Shown here in pieces: positions 41,375 to 51,423 of a stretch of DNA of 64,000 nt. The DNA is from Spirulina sp. (GTDB taxonomy: Bacteria; Cyanobacteriota; Cyanobacteriia; Phormidesmidales; Phormidesmidaceae). The translations under genes and the position numbers were made by a program. Positions within the stretch are counted from its first letter, which is position 1, and every line of letters starts with the position of its first letter. Location of the stretch: contig JBIPSI010000027.1 in the NCBI GenBank assembly GCA_044070495.1, positions 1 through 64,000 on the forward strand, read 5' to 3'. Below the pieces are notes generated by a model. The model was not told the origin of the DNA. It worked only from the letters and a program-made list of their open reading frames with translations, and did not search any database.

Positions 41375-41791
41375 ATGCCTAGGCTAGATATCATTCATGA
41401 TGCCGTCAAAAACGCCCTCATTCGGGATGGTTGGACAATTACCGATGATCCCTACGTCATTCAGTATCGAAGAACTACTCTCTATGCCGACCTTGGTGCT
41501 GAACGCCCAATTGCGGCTGAACGAAGTGGCCGACGACTGGTTGTAGAGGTCAGAAGTTTTGTCGGTGCCTCTAAAATCCAGGATTTGAAGGAAGCTCTGG
41601 GACAATATGATATTTATCGCTATCTTTTAGAGGAAATAGCCCCAGACCGTAAGCTATACATTGCCATTAGTACAGCAACACACAAAACCTTATTTACTCA
41701 AGATTTTGCCCAGCTTATTCTTCAAAAGCACCAACTACCTATCATCGTTGTAAACCTGGATGCGGAGGAAATCGAGCAATGGATAAACTAA
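41375..41791 (+). CDS. xisH: XisH family protein
   Basis: HDAVKNALIRDGWTITDDP..DLGAE..ALGQY. Confidence 0.9.
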   Translation: MPRLDIIHDAVKNALIRDGWTITDDPYVIQYRRTTLYADLGAERPIAAERSGRRLVVEVRSFVGASKIQDLKEALGQYDIYRYLLEEIAPDRKLYIAISTATHKTLFTQDFAQLILQKHQLPIIVVNLDAEEIEQWIN

Positions 41792-42123
41792 TCGAGTACC
41801 CTCAGATTCTTAAGGCGATTTTGACGAAACACGCGGAAATTTGCGATCATCATCCTGATCCTAACGTTGAGAAGTTTTTGATTTTTGATGAAGAAAGAGG
41901 TCACTATATTTGGATGACTTTGGGTTGGCAAAAGGCAGAACGAATTGCGGGTATGACCATCTATGTTCGTATCCACGATGGTAAATTCTGGATTGAAGAA
42001 GACTTAACTGAAGAAGGCATCGCAACGGACTTGATTCAAATGGGAGTTTCTAAAGAGGACATTATTTTGGCCTTTCATGAACCCAGAATGCGACAGTACA
42101 CAGACTTCGCAATAGCTTCCTAA
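41779..42123 (+). CDS. xisI: XisI family protein
   Basis: FDEERGHY..GW..GKFWIEED.TEEGIA..DIILAFH. Confidence 0.9.
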   Translation: MDKLIEYPQILKAILTKHAEICDHHPDPNVEKFLIFDEERGHYIWMTLGWQKAERIAGMTIYVRIHDGKFWIEEDLTEEGIATDLIQMGVSKEDIILAFHEPRMRQYTDFAIAS

Positions 42124-42232
42124 CTCAAGATTATAAGCATCTAAGTTGATTAATTGGTTAACCCTAAAAACGACTTGATGAGGTCGATCCTCATAGCCTA
42201 AAGCAGTAATCATTAACTTTCTTTACGAAGCC

Positions 42233-42478
42233 ATGAGTGTCACTATTCCCGATGACATCGTTCAGTCAACTCACATGACTGAAGACGAGCTAAAAATAGA
42301 GATTGCTGTCATGCTGTATAACCAGCAAAAAATCAGTAGTGGAAAAGCTCGTTCCTGGACTGGGTTAACGGTCATCGAGTTTCAACACGAATTGGCAAAG
42401 CGCGGGCTGTTTATCAACTACGATGTAGAAGATTTAGAGGCCGACATTAAAACCCTGCAATCTTTAGAACTATTGTGA
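42233..42478 (+). CDS. UPF0175 family antitoxin-like protein
   Basis: EIAVMLY..KISSGKA..FQHELAKRG..NYD..DL..D. Confidence 0.8.
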   Translation: MSVTIPDDIVQSTHMTEDELKIEIAVMLYNQQKISSGKARSWTGLTVIEFQHELAKRGLFINYDVEDLEADIKTLQSLELL

Positions 42479-43221
42479 TTGTAGTTAGTGACACCTCGCC
42501 AATCACTAATCTTGCTGCTATTGGTCAGCTAGATTTGTTACGCCAGCTTTACGACTATATTGTCATACCTGAAGCGGTTTACAGTGAAATGATAGCTGTA
42601 GGAAAGCCTGTTCCAGGTGCGATTGAAGTGCAGCAAACTCTAGCTTGGATTCAAGTTCAGAAAATCGAGGATTCTAAAACCGACATTCCGCAGGTTGACG
42701 TTTATTTTTTCTTGTGCATTACCTGAGTCAAGAGCTGAAAACCTTGCTATCAAAGGGTTTCAGAAATAGAGCAATTATCGCCCCAAAGCAGCGACTTAAC
42801 AATTCGCAATCATTCAGGCAACAGGTTCCGAAAACTGTGATCGCCATTTCCCAATGCTTTCGGGCAGCGTGAAAATCATGCACATCCAAAATTATTTGTC
42901 AACCTGCGGAATGTCGGCTAAAAGAGTTTTCGCCTTGCAAGCTAGCCAAAATAATATTGATCTGGGCGAAGCAGAAGCGATTACTCTAGCGCTGGAACTT
43001 AATGCGGATTTGCTTTTGATGGATGAGCGTCGAGGTAGAGCATTAGCTCAAAATTGTGGCCTTAATGTAACTGGACTGCTCGGTGTTTTATTACAGGCTA
43101 AACGTAAAGGACTTATTCCTTTGGTCAAACCTATCGTAGATTAGTTAATTGAGAAAGCTGATTTCCGTCTCAACAATCAGCTATACCTAACGATTATGAA
43201 ATCTGCCAATGAATCAGAATA
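42475..43221 (+). pseudogene. DUF3368 PIN-like toxin, disrupted
   Basis: VVSDTSPI..., LGEAEAI.LA..MDERRGR; split by a MITE at 42680-42917 and by an in-frame TAG at 43142-43144. Confidence 0.85.
42680..42917. mobile_element. 238-bp MITE (IS1634-like ends)
   Basis: Perfect 20-bp TIR CCGACATTCCGCAGGTTGAC with a 6-bp target duplication CTAAAA. Confidence 0.88.
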
Positions 43222-43302
43222 GAAATTCGGTGGAAGGACACTGCCTATCCTCTAAGGAAATCTGTACTGTTGGTGCGCTCAACAAAGGGAAACCGCTGGC
43301 TG

Positions 43303-43581
43303 TTAAGCATGGCTATCTTGCTTAGCAGCCACAATCAGATCCGCCAAGGTCTGAGCTGCCCCATAGGCATCGTAGGGCGACCACACCGTTGCTTCAGTAG
43401 AGGCTAGCTGGTTGAGCAACAGATTTTCTTGAGCCTGGATTTCGGTGGGTTGAAGTTCACAACCTTCTTCTCTGGCAACGGCCAGCAAGAGGAAATGAAT
43501 CAGGCGCAGCTTATCTTGGTGGGTGAGTTGACTAACGGCGGGGAGTAATTCGGCGAGGGGCATGGGTTGTGTGGGGTTCAA
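43303..43581 (-). CDS. Hypothetical antitoxin-like protein
   Basis: ELLP.V.QL...DKLRLI.FL and VWSPYDA..AA..L motifs. Confidence 0.65.
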   Translation of the reverse strand: MNPTQPMPLAELLPAVSQLTHQDKLRLIHFLLLAVAREEGCELQPTEIQAQENLLLNQLASTEATVWSPYDAYGAAQTLADLIVAAKQDSHA

Positions 43582-43621
43582 TAGCCACTAGGGTAGCTCA
43601 CGTAGGCTATGGATCGGCTAC

Positions 43622-43729
43622 TTTATGACCACCACCGGGGAAATGCTCCCCATCGACGAAATCTTTCAGCGTGGGCTAGACTTGAAGCAGGTTGAAGCAT
43701 CCTGGCCCAAGGTGCTGCGGTGCGCTTAA
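43622..43729 (+). repeat. 108-bp duplicate of the dnaE-N 3' end (41258-41365)
   Basis: Encodes [35 protein letters not shown], against [35 protein letters not shown] in the gene. Confidence 0.95.
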
Positions 43730-43963
43730 TAAGAAGCCTTAGTAGATCAGAGAAACACTACAGGGTAGTTATCCTATCTACCACGGAGACAAGCAAGATG
43801 ACTGTTTTACATTGGTTTTGTGACCTACTAAGCCTTGGAGTTAAAGATCTAAAGCCATCTTAATGATGTAGTGATGGATCAACACAGTACAAAATAAAGA
43901 GAATACTTTTGAGGCTAATGCTTCGCACTACATTTAGATAAACTGGAGGACTTTAAAAAAATC

Positions 43964-44980
43964 ATGCCTAAAAAAAGTGAATTAGAGTTCGCCAACTTTA
44001 TTTTGAGATTTGGACAGGATCGAGTTCTTATGGATTATCTAGAAGAAATTGTTATCCCTGCCTTTAGTTCAGGGCTAGAAAGAAGCTATGGCGAAACAAC
44101 GTATTTTTTTCATGATGTAGAAATATTGAATCTTGGAAGCTCAGAAATCCCTGTACTTTGTATAGCTGGACGATATATTAAGAACACGGTCGTCAAGAGA
44201 GAACAGATTTTCAATGAAGAAAATAATGAGTTAATAAAAGATAGTGGCTCACTTCACACGTCTCCTTCCGCTGTATTTATTCTCATTCTGAATAACCATA
44301 GACTTATTTATTTAAGTGAAACTTCACATGCTCCGAATTTATTGTCTTTTCAAGCAACTGCCGCAAAATTTATCAAAGATAAGTATCATGAATTTATTAG
44401 TGATCTGTACCAGCAAAATCGCCATAGGGGGGTGACAAAAGCTAGTCTGTACAGAGAGCATGAACCTCCCAGTCTCGAAGTCGTTTCCTTGACTAGCGAA
44501 GAAACAATTGGCGAATTTATAAGTCAATATAGTTTGCTTAAAACTGTAGAAATTAAGTTGCTGACCACAAATAATGAGCTCGATAATAATGACTTTTTTA
44601 GGCAGGCAAGACAAATCAAAGAAGAGGCTCATGCAAATACAACAACTATCACGCACAACAATGGTAAAGAAGGTCTTTCCAAAGGTGCGGTAACTCGACA
44701 ACTTGAGTCAGCATTGAGTCAAGGCAATTCAAGAGTCAAACTTAAAGGAAAGGATAGACAAGGTAATAAACTAGAGGGAAGCAATGAAAAATTCAAAATC
44801 AAATCTCAGATGCCAGAGATACCTCAAGCTATTGTAGGAATTGCTGGCAGAGGATATGCAATCTTTCAGAGCTTAGTAGATCAAGGAACTATTTGCTTGG
44901 GAGAAAATAGAGAGAATGTTACAGACAAGATAAAACAACTTTGGGACAAGCTGCATCAAGACTCCCAGGAAAATGAATAA
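43964..44980 (+). CDS. AT-rich hypothetical protein, possibly DUF4747-like
   Basis: 338-aa ORF with a GGAGG RBS; overlaps the downstream TM gene by 8 bp. Family resemblance is tentative. Confidence 0.8.
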   Translation: MPKKSELEFANFILRFGQDRVLMDYLEEIVIPAFSSGLERSYGETTYFFHDVEILNLGSSEIPVLCIAGRYIKNTVVKREQIFNEENNELIKDSGSLHTSPSAVFILILNNHRLIYLSETSHAPNLLSFQATAAKFIKDKYHEFISDLYQQNRHRGVTKASLYREHEPPSLEVVSLTSEETIGEFISQYSLLKTVEIKLLTTNNELDNNDFFRQARQIKEEAHANTTTITHNNGKEGLSKGAVTRQLESALSQGNSRVKLKGKDRQGNKLEGSNEKFKIKSQMPEIPQAIVGIAGRGYAIFQSLVDQGTICLGENRENVTDKIKQLWDKLHQDSQENE

Positions 44981-45596
44981 CTTCAATCCTGACGATATTA
45001 CTAAGGAAATTGGCCTGCTTGATATCTACAAAGCAAGTCGCTCTAAGTTGCCAAGAAATAAAATCAACATATTCTCAACATTGGCGGTCTTTTCAATGTT
45101 GACAGTTCATGCGATTTTCTCAAGTGAAGGCTCTATTTCATTACTAGAAAAAACCAGGGGCTGGGCAGAAATTGGGTTCAGCTTCTCTGCGGGAATATTA
45201 GGATTTCTTATTGCAGGATTTACAATTTTTGCTACTGTTAGTGATAAAAGCCTATTCATAACAATGGCAAAGGCAAGACATAAAAAAAGCGGATTAAGTT
45301 ATCTAAAATATAACTTCTTTGCGCTAATGTATGTTTTTATTGTTTATTTAGGGTTTGCCATATTATGTCTATTGATTCAGCTATTAGGAGACACTTCGGG
45401 CTTTGCATCAATAATGACAAGGTTAATTGTTGGGGACGACGACTTCCTGATAGCAAAGCGCTTTTTGGCAGGATTTAGCTTGGTTGTTGTAGGAACGTGG
45501 TTTTTTTACGTCCTAATGCTTCTTCAATCATTTATCTTCAATGTCTATCACATTGTAATGACTGCAATTCGATGGGAAGTTGAAAAAGAAAATTAA
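44973..45596 (+). CDS. AT-rich 4-TM membrane protein
   Basis: Four hydrophobic segments, including ILGFLIAGFTIFAT. Confidence 0.8.
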   Translation: MNNFNPDDITKEIGLLDIYKASRSKLPRNKINIFSTLAVFSMLTVHAIFSSEGSISLLEKTRGWAEIGFSFSAGILGFLIAGFTIFATVSDKSLFITMAKARHKKSGLSYLKYNFFALMYVFIVYLGFAILCLLIQLLGDTSGFASIMTRLIVGDDDFLIAKRFLAGFSLVVVGTWFFYVLMLLQSFIFNVYHIVMTAIRWEVEKEN

Positions 45597-45756
45597 GATT
45601 AGATGAATTCACTTCTGGATCGATAAGGTGAGAGAAATGATCTTTCTATATCGGAATAATAAGAGACTGAAAGTCTAATTGAATTGGCAGAATTCTTGTC
45701 CTTGCTGCGTTTGCGGACAACACGAGCTATGAAAGAACTGCAAGGAGATAAAAGTG

Positions 45757-46011
45757 ATGCTTCAAGCCATTGAAGGGATTTATCGTAACGGCAAAATAGA
45801 ACTACTTGAAGAACCGACCGCCTCTGAAGGGATGCGCGTAATTGTGACCTTCTTGAATAGTCCAGCAGAGCCAGTTGTGGCATCTGATTTATCAGTTAAT
45901 TTAGAAGACCGAGGAATTGATGTCGAACAGGCCGCAGATTTGCGAGCACGCCTGAGAACCTTCGCTGAAGACTGGGATAGCTCCGAAATGGATAGTTACG
46001 ATGAGCTATAG
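45757..46011 (+). CDS. Antitoxin-like protein (DUF104/AF2212-like)
   Basis: IEGIYRNGKIEL..VIVTFL..FAEDWDS.EMD.YD; AAGGAG RBS. Confidence 0.7.
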   Translation: MLQAIEGIYRNGKIELLEEPTASEGMRVIVTFLNSPAEPVVASDLSVNLEDRGIDVEQAADLRARLRTFAEDWDSSEMDSYDEL

Positions 46012-46304
46012 TCCAATTTAGGTTGGGTAGCGCGACGGGAGAACCCAACAAGCTCTAGACTAGCAGCTAGTGTTGACAACCTACAGTAGCTGACTGATTG
46101 TGCCAAAATAGCCGTATAGCCTTGGTAAGGTATGCAGATGACTACCTTCGAGACTATTGGGTGTGAGCTGGCGTCTGTACCAGAACCATTGCTTTTGCGG
46201 GTGCTGAGTTTTATTCGATTGGTAAAAGATAGTGCTACTTCAGCGAACTGGAACTCAGGACGACTGGCTCTAAAATGGTAGTTACTGTTCAACCACAGTT
46301 AGAA

Positions 46305-46556
46305 ATGATGACTGATAATGAGCTTCTAAACCGAATCACTGCCGATCCAAGAATCATGGTTGGTAAACCTGTGATTAGAGGGACTCGCCTTACCGTGGAA
46401 TATATTCTCAATCTGCTGGCCCACGGGGCAACGATAGCTGAAATTCTCGAAGAGTATGAAGGGTTGGCTAAAGATGATATCTTGGCCTGTCTTTTATTTG
46501 CCTCACGGTCTTTAGAAAGTGCGAGTTTTATGCCTCTAGAGAAGGAGATTGCTTAG
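46305..46556 (+). CDS. DUF433 antitoxin
   Basis: RIT.DP.I..GKPVIRGTR..V..IL..LA.G....EIL.EY..L...DI.A. Confidence 0.88.
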   Translation: MMTDNELLNRITADPRIMVGKPVIRGTRLTVEYILNLLAHGATIAEILEEYEGLAKDDILACLLFASRSLESASFMPLEKEIA

Positions 46557-46904
46557 TTGCGCTTTTTGGTTGATGAGAATACGGGAGTTGTCGTTTCCCG
46601 ATGGTTAAGGAGTTTGGGGTACGAGGTCTTTTCGGTATATGAAGAAGCACGGGGTGCCGACGACGACATAATTCTACAAAAAGCATTTGATGAAAACTGG
46701 ATTTTGATTACCAGCGATAAAGACTTTGGGGAAAAGGTCTACCGGGAAAGACAGCCTCACCGAGGGATTATCTTCCTGAGGCTTGAGGATGAACGATCTG
46801 CTAATAAGGTTGCAGTCCTAAAAAGCTTATTGGAAAATTATTCTGACCAGGTTTCTGACAATTTTGTGGTGGCCACTGAGAAACGAATTCGGTTTGCAAA
46901 ATAA
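46557..46904 (+). CDS. DUF5615 PIN-like toxin
   Basis: RFLVDEN..DD.IL..A..ILITSDKDFGE. Confidence 0.88.
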   Translation: MRFLVDENTGVVVSRWLRSLGYEVFSVYEEARGADDDIILQKAFDENWILITSDKDFGEKVYRERQPHRGIIFLRLEDERSANKVAVLKSLLENYSDQVSDNFVVATEKRIRFAK

Positions 46905-46959
46905 ATCATTGATACGGCATCTGGTGCAGCAGTACCTCGTATTGACGATGAGCTACGGA

Positions 46960-47448
46960 TCACTCCGTCTGCTCACAGGCCCCAATGCTGACCCAGGTGC
47001 TAGAAAGGGTGCCGTCTGGGCCTTGGTACCACTCTTTTTTCCAGATGGGGGCATTGTGCTTGAGGGTATCGATGGCGAACTGGCAGGCGGCGAAGGCTTC
47101 GGAACGGTGGGGGCAACCGACCGCCACAAGGACGCTGATTTCGCCCACGGACAATTTCCCGGTGCGGTGGTGGATCACGACACGGGTGGCATCGGGCCAG
47201 GTTTGGTGAATTTGATCGGCAATTTGGCGAAACACCTCCAGGGCCATGGGTTCGTAGGCTTGGTATTCCAGGGCAAGGACGGGAAAGCCATCGGTGTTGT
47301 TGCGCACCATGCCGCTCATCACCACGACAGCCCCATTGGCGGGATCGTCGGCGAGGGCGTAGACCTCCTCTAGGCTGAGGGGGGCAAAGGTGATGCGAAA
47401 GGCGTTGGTATCTGAGCTTACCGGGGCCGAACTGGAGGCAACAACCAT
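46960..47448 (-). CDS. moaE: Molybdopterin synthase catalytic subunit
   Basis: GAVVVMSGMVRN, HRTG.L.VGE, PHR.EAF and LK..APIWKKE motifs. Confidence 0.93.
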   Translation of the reverse strand: MVVASSSAPVSSDTNAFRITFAPLSLEEVYALADDPANGAVVVMSGMVRNNTDGFPVLALEYQAYEPMALEVFRQIADQIHQTWPDATRVVIHHRTGKLSVGEISVLVAVGCPHRSEAFAACQFAIDTLKHNAPIWKKEWYQGPDGTLSSTWVSIGACEQTE

Positions 47449-47581
47449 AGAAAACCGTACTCTACTGAGACCAAGATACCGTGCTCTTTTCCTTTGGGGG
47501 TGGCGGTCTGCGAGGCTGAGCCTATCGCGGTAGACTGAATACCTAACCGAGATGTATTAAAGGACGGCACCACACCACACC

Positions 47582-49132
47582 ATGGCTACTACTGGGTTGA
47601 TTTTGCTGGCGGCGATTGCGATTTTGGTTTGGGGCTACCGTCGCGCCCTGCCCTACGGCACCATCGGGATTTTGGCCTGGTTGCAGTCGGTGGTTTTGAT
47701 GGCTCCGTGGCTGTTGTTTTTTGGCCTATTTGCCCTGGGCATCTACATCAACCTAGCGGGGGTGCTGCTGCTGTTGTTGGTGTCCACGGGAGTTTATATC
47801 TACCTGGGCCGTCGCCTACGCACTTTGGGCCAAGAGGCGCTGATGGCGGAGCGAGCCGCCCAGTCCCTCAAGGCAGAGGCTTCCGAAAGTTTAGATCAAC
47901 CCAAACTAGATCAACCCACAGGCAATGTAGACCAGGGTGATGCCACCGAGCCTTTCCCCAACCAGTCAGACGTTACCGCACCAGCCAAGGCAGCCGCCAA
48001 GGCGGAGGCGGAGGCCAAAATCGTAATTCCTGCGGAGGATTTGACGCAAATTGAGGGAATTTTCGGCATCGATACCTACTTTCGTACCGAAACCATCCCC
48101 TACGATCAGGGCGCTATTTTTCGCGGCAATTTGCGCGGCAACCCCGCCGAAACCCAGGCCCGACTGAGTGCCATGCTGTCCGAGCGTTTGGGGGATCGCT
48201 ACCGCCTTTTCCTGGTGGAAAGCCTGGAGAAAAAGCCGACGGTGGTGGTGTTGCCCGCCTCGATGGATCCCGCCAAAACCACCCGCGCCCAGTGGGCCAT
48301 TGCCTTGGTGCTGGGCATCGCCACGGTGTTCACCAGCCTAGAAGCTGGGGCCATCCTTCAGGGGTTTGACCTCGTTCAAGAGTTCTCTCGCTGGACGGCG
48401 GCCCTACCCTTTTTGCTGGGGTTGGTGGTGGTGCTGGTCAGCCACGAAATCGGCCATTGGGTGCTGGCCAACCGCTACGGAGTGCGCCTCAGCCCGCCCT
48501 TTGTGTTGCCCACCTGGCAGATCGGATCCTTCGGCAGCCTCACCCGCTTCGAGTCGCTGTTGGCCAACCGCAGCGTGCTGTTTGACATTGCCCTGGCGGG
48601 GCCAGCGGCGGGGGGTTTGGTATCTTTAGGGATGCTGATTACCGGACTGGTGCTGTCTCACCCCGGCAGTCTGTTTCAGTTGCCCTCCACCTTTTTCCAG
48701 GGTTCCGTCCTGGTGGGCACCCTGGCCAAGGCGGTGCTGGGTTCTGCCCTCCAGGAACCCCTGGTGGATGTGCATCCCCTCACCATCTTTGGCTGGCTGG
48801 GCTTGGTGATTACCGCCCTGAACCTGATGCCCGCTGGTCAGTTAGACGGAGGCCGCATTGTGCAGGCGGTCTATGGTCGCAAAACCGCTGGCCGCACCAC
48901 GGTGATCACCCTGATTCTGCTGGCCCTGGTCACCCTAGCGAACCCCCTGGCGCTGTACTGGGCGGCGATTATCCTCATCCTCCAGCGCAACCTAGAGCGC
49001 CCCTGCCTAGACGACATCACCGAACCCGACGACGCCCGTGCCGCCCTGGGGCTACTAGCGCTGTTTTTGGCCCTAGCGGTGCTCATGCCCCTCACCCCCA
49101 GTTTGGCTGGACGCTTGGGCATTGGTGGCTAG
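47582..49132 (+). CDS. Site-2 protease (M50) family
   Basis: HEIGH and NLMPAGQLDGG motifs. Confidence 0.92.
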   Translation: MATTGLILLAAIAILVWGYRRALPYGTIGILAWLQSVVLMAPWLLFFGLFALGIYINLAGVLLLLLVSTGVYIYLGRRLRTLGQEALMAERAAQSLKAEASESLDQPKLDQPTGNVDQGDATEPFPNQSDVTAPAKAAAKAEAEAKIVIPAEDLTQIEGIFGIDTYFRTETIPYDQGAIFRGNLRGNPAETQARLSAMLSERLGDRYRLFLVESLEKKPTVVVLPASMDPAKTTRAQWAIALVLGIATVFTSLEAGAILQGFDLVQEFSRWTAALPFLLGLVVVLVSHEIGHWVLANRYGVRLSPPFVLPTWQIGSFGSLTRFESLLANRSVLFDIALAGPAAGGLVSLGMLITGLVLSHPGSLFQLPSTFFQGSVLVGTLAKAVLGSALQEPLVDVHPLTIFGWLGLVITALNLMPAGQLDGGRIVQAVYGRKTAGRTTVITLILLALVTLANPLALYWAAIILILQRNLERPCLDDITEPDDARAALGLLALFLALAVLMPLTPSLAGRLGIGG

Positions 49133-49324
49133 TTCGGCAGGAGAGCCAATCTTTAAGAATATGCCGAGCTAGGCGCGACAGAGAAACCTGTCGGCTAGGT
49201 TGGGGAATATTACAGACAAAGACCTGATGGAAGCACCAACTGGGCTATGGATTTGGCTGTGGGGCCAGGATCATCGTCTAGGTCGCTTTATGGGCCATTG
49301 TCCAGGTTGGCTAAGGAGGGAATC

Positions 49325-49837
49325 ATGGTATCCACAACGCTACGGGAATTGATCCAGCGATACTACCAAGCCGGGGCACGGGATTTGCACGGGCTGGATT
49401 TGCAGGGGTTAGATCTCAAGGGATGCCGCTTGGCGGACACCGATTTTCGTCGGGCAAACCTGACCAAGGCCAACCTGTTTCAGGCCGACCTCACCCATAT
49501 CAACGGCTACCAAGCCATCCTCAGCCAAGGCGATCTGCGAGAGGCTGCCCTAGCCGATGCGGTGTTGATTGAGGCGGATCTACACCGCACCCACTGCCAT
49601 CGGGCTACTTTGGTCAATGCCGATCTCCGCAAGGCCATCCTCACCCACAGCGATCTGAGCCACGCCAATCTAGAAGGGGCCAACTTAGAAGGGGCTGACC
49701 TCAGCCATGCCAATCTGTATTGGGCCAATCTGCGCCACGCCAACCTGAAGGGAGCTAATCTCAACGGTGCCGATCTGACGGGTGCAAAGTGGCAGGATAC
49801 CACCATGCCCGACGGTACTCTGCGGAGTAGTTCTTAG
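49325..49837 (+). CDS. Pentapeptide repeat protein
   Basis: A(N/D)Lxx repeats; ends MPDG. Confidence 0.92.
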   Translation: MVSTTLRELIQRYYQAGARDLHGLDLQGLDLKGCRLADTDFRRANLTKANLFQADLTHINGYQAILSQGDLREAALADAVLIEADLHRTHCHRATLVNADLRKAILTHSDLSHANLEGANLEGADLSHANLYWANLRHANLKGANLNGADLTGAKWQDTTMPDGTLRSSS

Positions 49838-49878
49838 AAGATGGTTATTAGTTATTAGAAGGTAGTTATTAGCAAGAC

Positions 49879-50781
49879 TCAGGGTTGTAGACCCACCTGA
49901 GGCAAAGCCAACTGGCCAGAGGGGGTCAGCCCGGTGACGGTGAGGGTGTATTCAATGAAGCTGCCACCATCGCCGCTCCAGCCCAGCAGTTGGCCATTGG
50001 GGCTGAGTTGGGGGCTGTTGTTAAAGGTGGTGACGGCAATGTAGTACAGTCCGCTGCTGGGTAAAAGAATGTTATCCAGGCGAGACTGCAAACCGTTGAA
50101 ATCGTCGTTGCTGGCGACGAGGTAGCCCTGGCTGTCAAATAAATAGAGTTGCGAATCGTCGTCGGTGAAGCGCAGCCCCGGCAAAATACGGGTGACGTTG
50201 AGATCCACCGTGACCCGATCCCCCTGTCCACCCACCACGGTAAACACCTCCACCCCAGCACTCACTTCTCCAGCAATCACACCCGATCCACGGGGCGTGC
50301 CCACCAGCAGGGCGGGGGACAGGGCGGGAATATCCGTGGGCTGCGGGTCTAACAATCCGGCTCGCCGGGTGGCATTGATCTGCTGAGCCAGTTGGTCGGG
50401 GGTGAGGTCGGGTTCGCCGAAGAACCGCAGCAAAGCACGATCTAGGAGGAGGGGTTGGCTAGGGGTAGGCACGGTCTCAAGGTACTGGGCTAGATGAGCC
50501 TCACAACCTGGGATGCCCGAAATTTCTAGGCGTTCCTCCTGATAGCGTTGCAGCGTATGGCGAAAGGTGACCAAATCTTGGCGATCCTGAGCCGACAGAT
50601 CGGGGGAGGCGATCATCGCACTGGTGCGATCCACAGCGGTATCCCAATCGTTGAGACACACCGCCGTTTTCATCTGCCGTTGCAGGGTGTCCAGGGGTAC
50701 GCTGGCCACAGTGGCAGATCCCCAAACGCCCCCCCAGCTCAGCGCCAGGGCAGACAGACTAAGCCAAACGCGCCGGGTCAT
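49879..50781 (-). CDS. Secreted protein with C-terminal PPC-like domain
   Basis: Signal peptide; DSQLYLFD..G.LVASNDD..SG.YYIAV. Confidence 0.75.
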   Translation of the reverse strand: MTRRVWLSLSALALSWGGVWGSATVASVPLDTLQRQMKTAVCLNDWDTAVDRTSAMIASPDLSAQDRQDLVTFRHTLQRYQEERLEISGIPGCEAHLAQYLETVPTPSQPLLLDRALLRFFGEPDLTPDQLAQQINATRRAGLLDPQPTDIPALSPALLVGTPRGSGVIAGEVSAGVEVFTVVGGQGDRVTVDLNVTRILPGLRFTDDDSQLYLFDSQGYLVASNDDFNGLQSRLDNILLPSSGLYYIAVTTFNNSPQLSPNGQLLGWSGDGGSFIEYTLTVTGLTPSGQLALPQVGLQP

Positions 50782-51005
50782 AGACTCCTCCGTTTCCACC
50801 AAGGCCGTGAATTAGCAGCCAATCACCGGGGCCAGGAAACGCCACCTAGCCTCAGCAGTGGGCTACCTCTAGGGTACCCGCTTTCCCAAAATCCCATCAC
50901 AGATGAACCTTCGCTCTAGATATCTGGCACTTGTCCTATCAGGATCCTGTTCTACGAGGATCTCTCGCCAAATGACAGGGCTAAATGGATCCCCACTCAT
51001 AGGCA

Positions 51006-51339
51006 TCAACAAAGCGAGATAAATGGCCAACATTGGTTGTGGCAATCAGTTTCGGCTTGCTCTTGTTCGTCCTCGTCGGCCATCCAGGTATCCAGGAGTT
51101 GACTCAGTGCCGCTTGTCGCTCTGGATTAGGGGCAGAAGCGGACTGTAATGCCTCGTTCCAGGCTTGTTCAGAGGCGCTTGGCTGAACCTCTAGCCCCTG
51201 CCGAAAGCGTCGAATTGCCTGGAGTAGGTCATCCCAATGCTGCGCTGGCGTCTGCTCAATTTCCTGCACTAGTTGCACCAACAGCGCGGCTGATACCGTC
51301 GCCGAGGAATCAGGGGGGGGGGGAACTCGGTTCTGCCAT
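51006..51339 (-). pseudogene. Frameshifted small antitoxin-like gene
   Basis: ATG at 51339 is out of frame with the gene body across a C11 run (51313-51323); C10 would restore the frame. Confidence 0.5.
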
Positions 51340-51423
51340 GGCTGTGACCAGTCCTATGCTTTAGACCCATTTTAGACGCTGCGACAACACAACCCTCAGG
51401 CTAACCAAGCCCAGCAACCCCGC

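Noticed and set aside
41375..42123. xisHI as evidence of an fdxN-type excision element
   Set aside because: No XisF recombinase is present; xisHI pairs are widespread stand-alone modules.
46132..46281. Short DUF2281-like ORF remnant
   Set aside because: Too short and degenerate to call.
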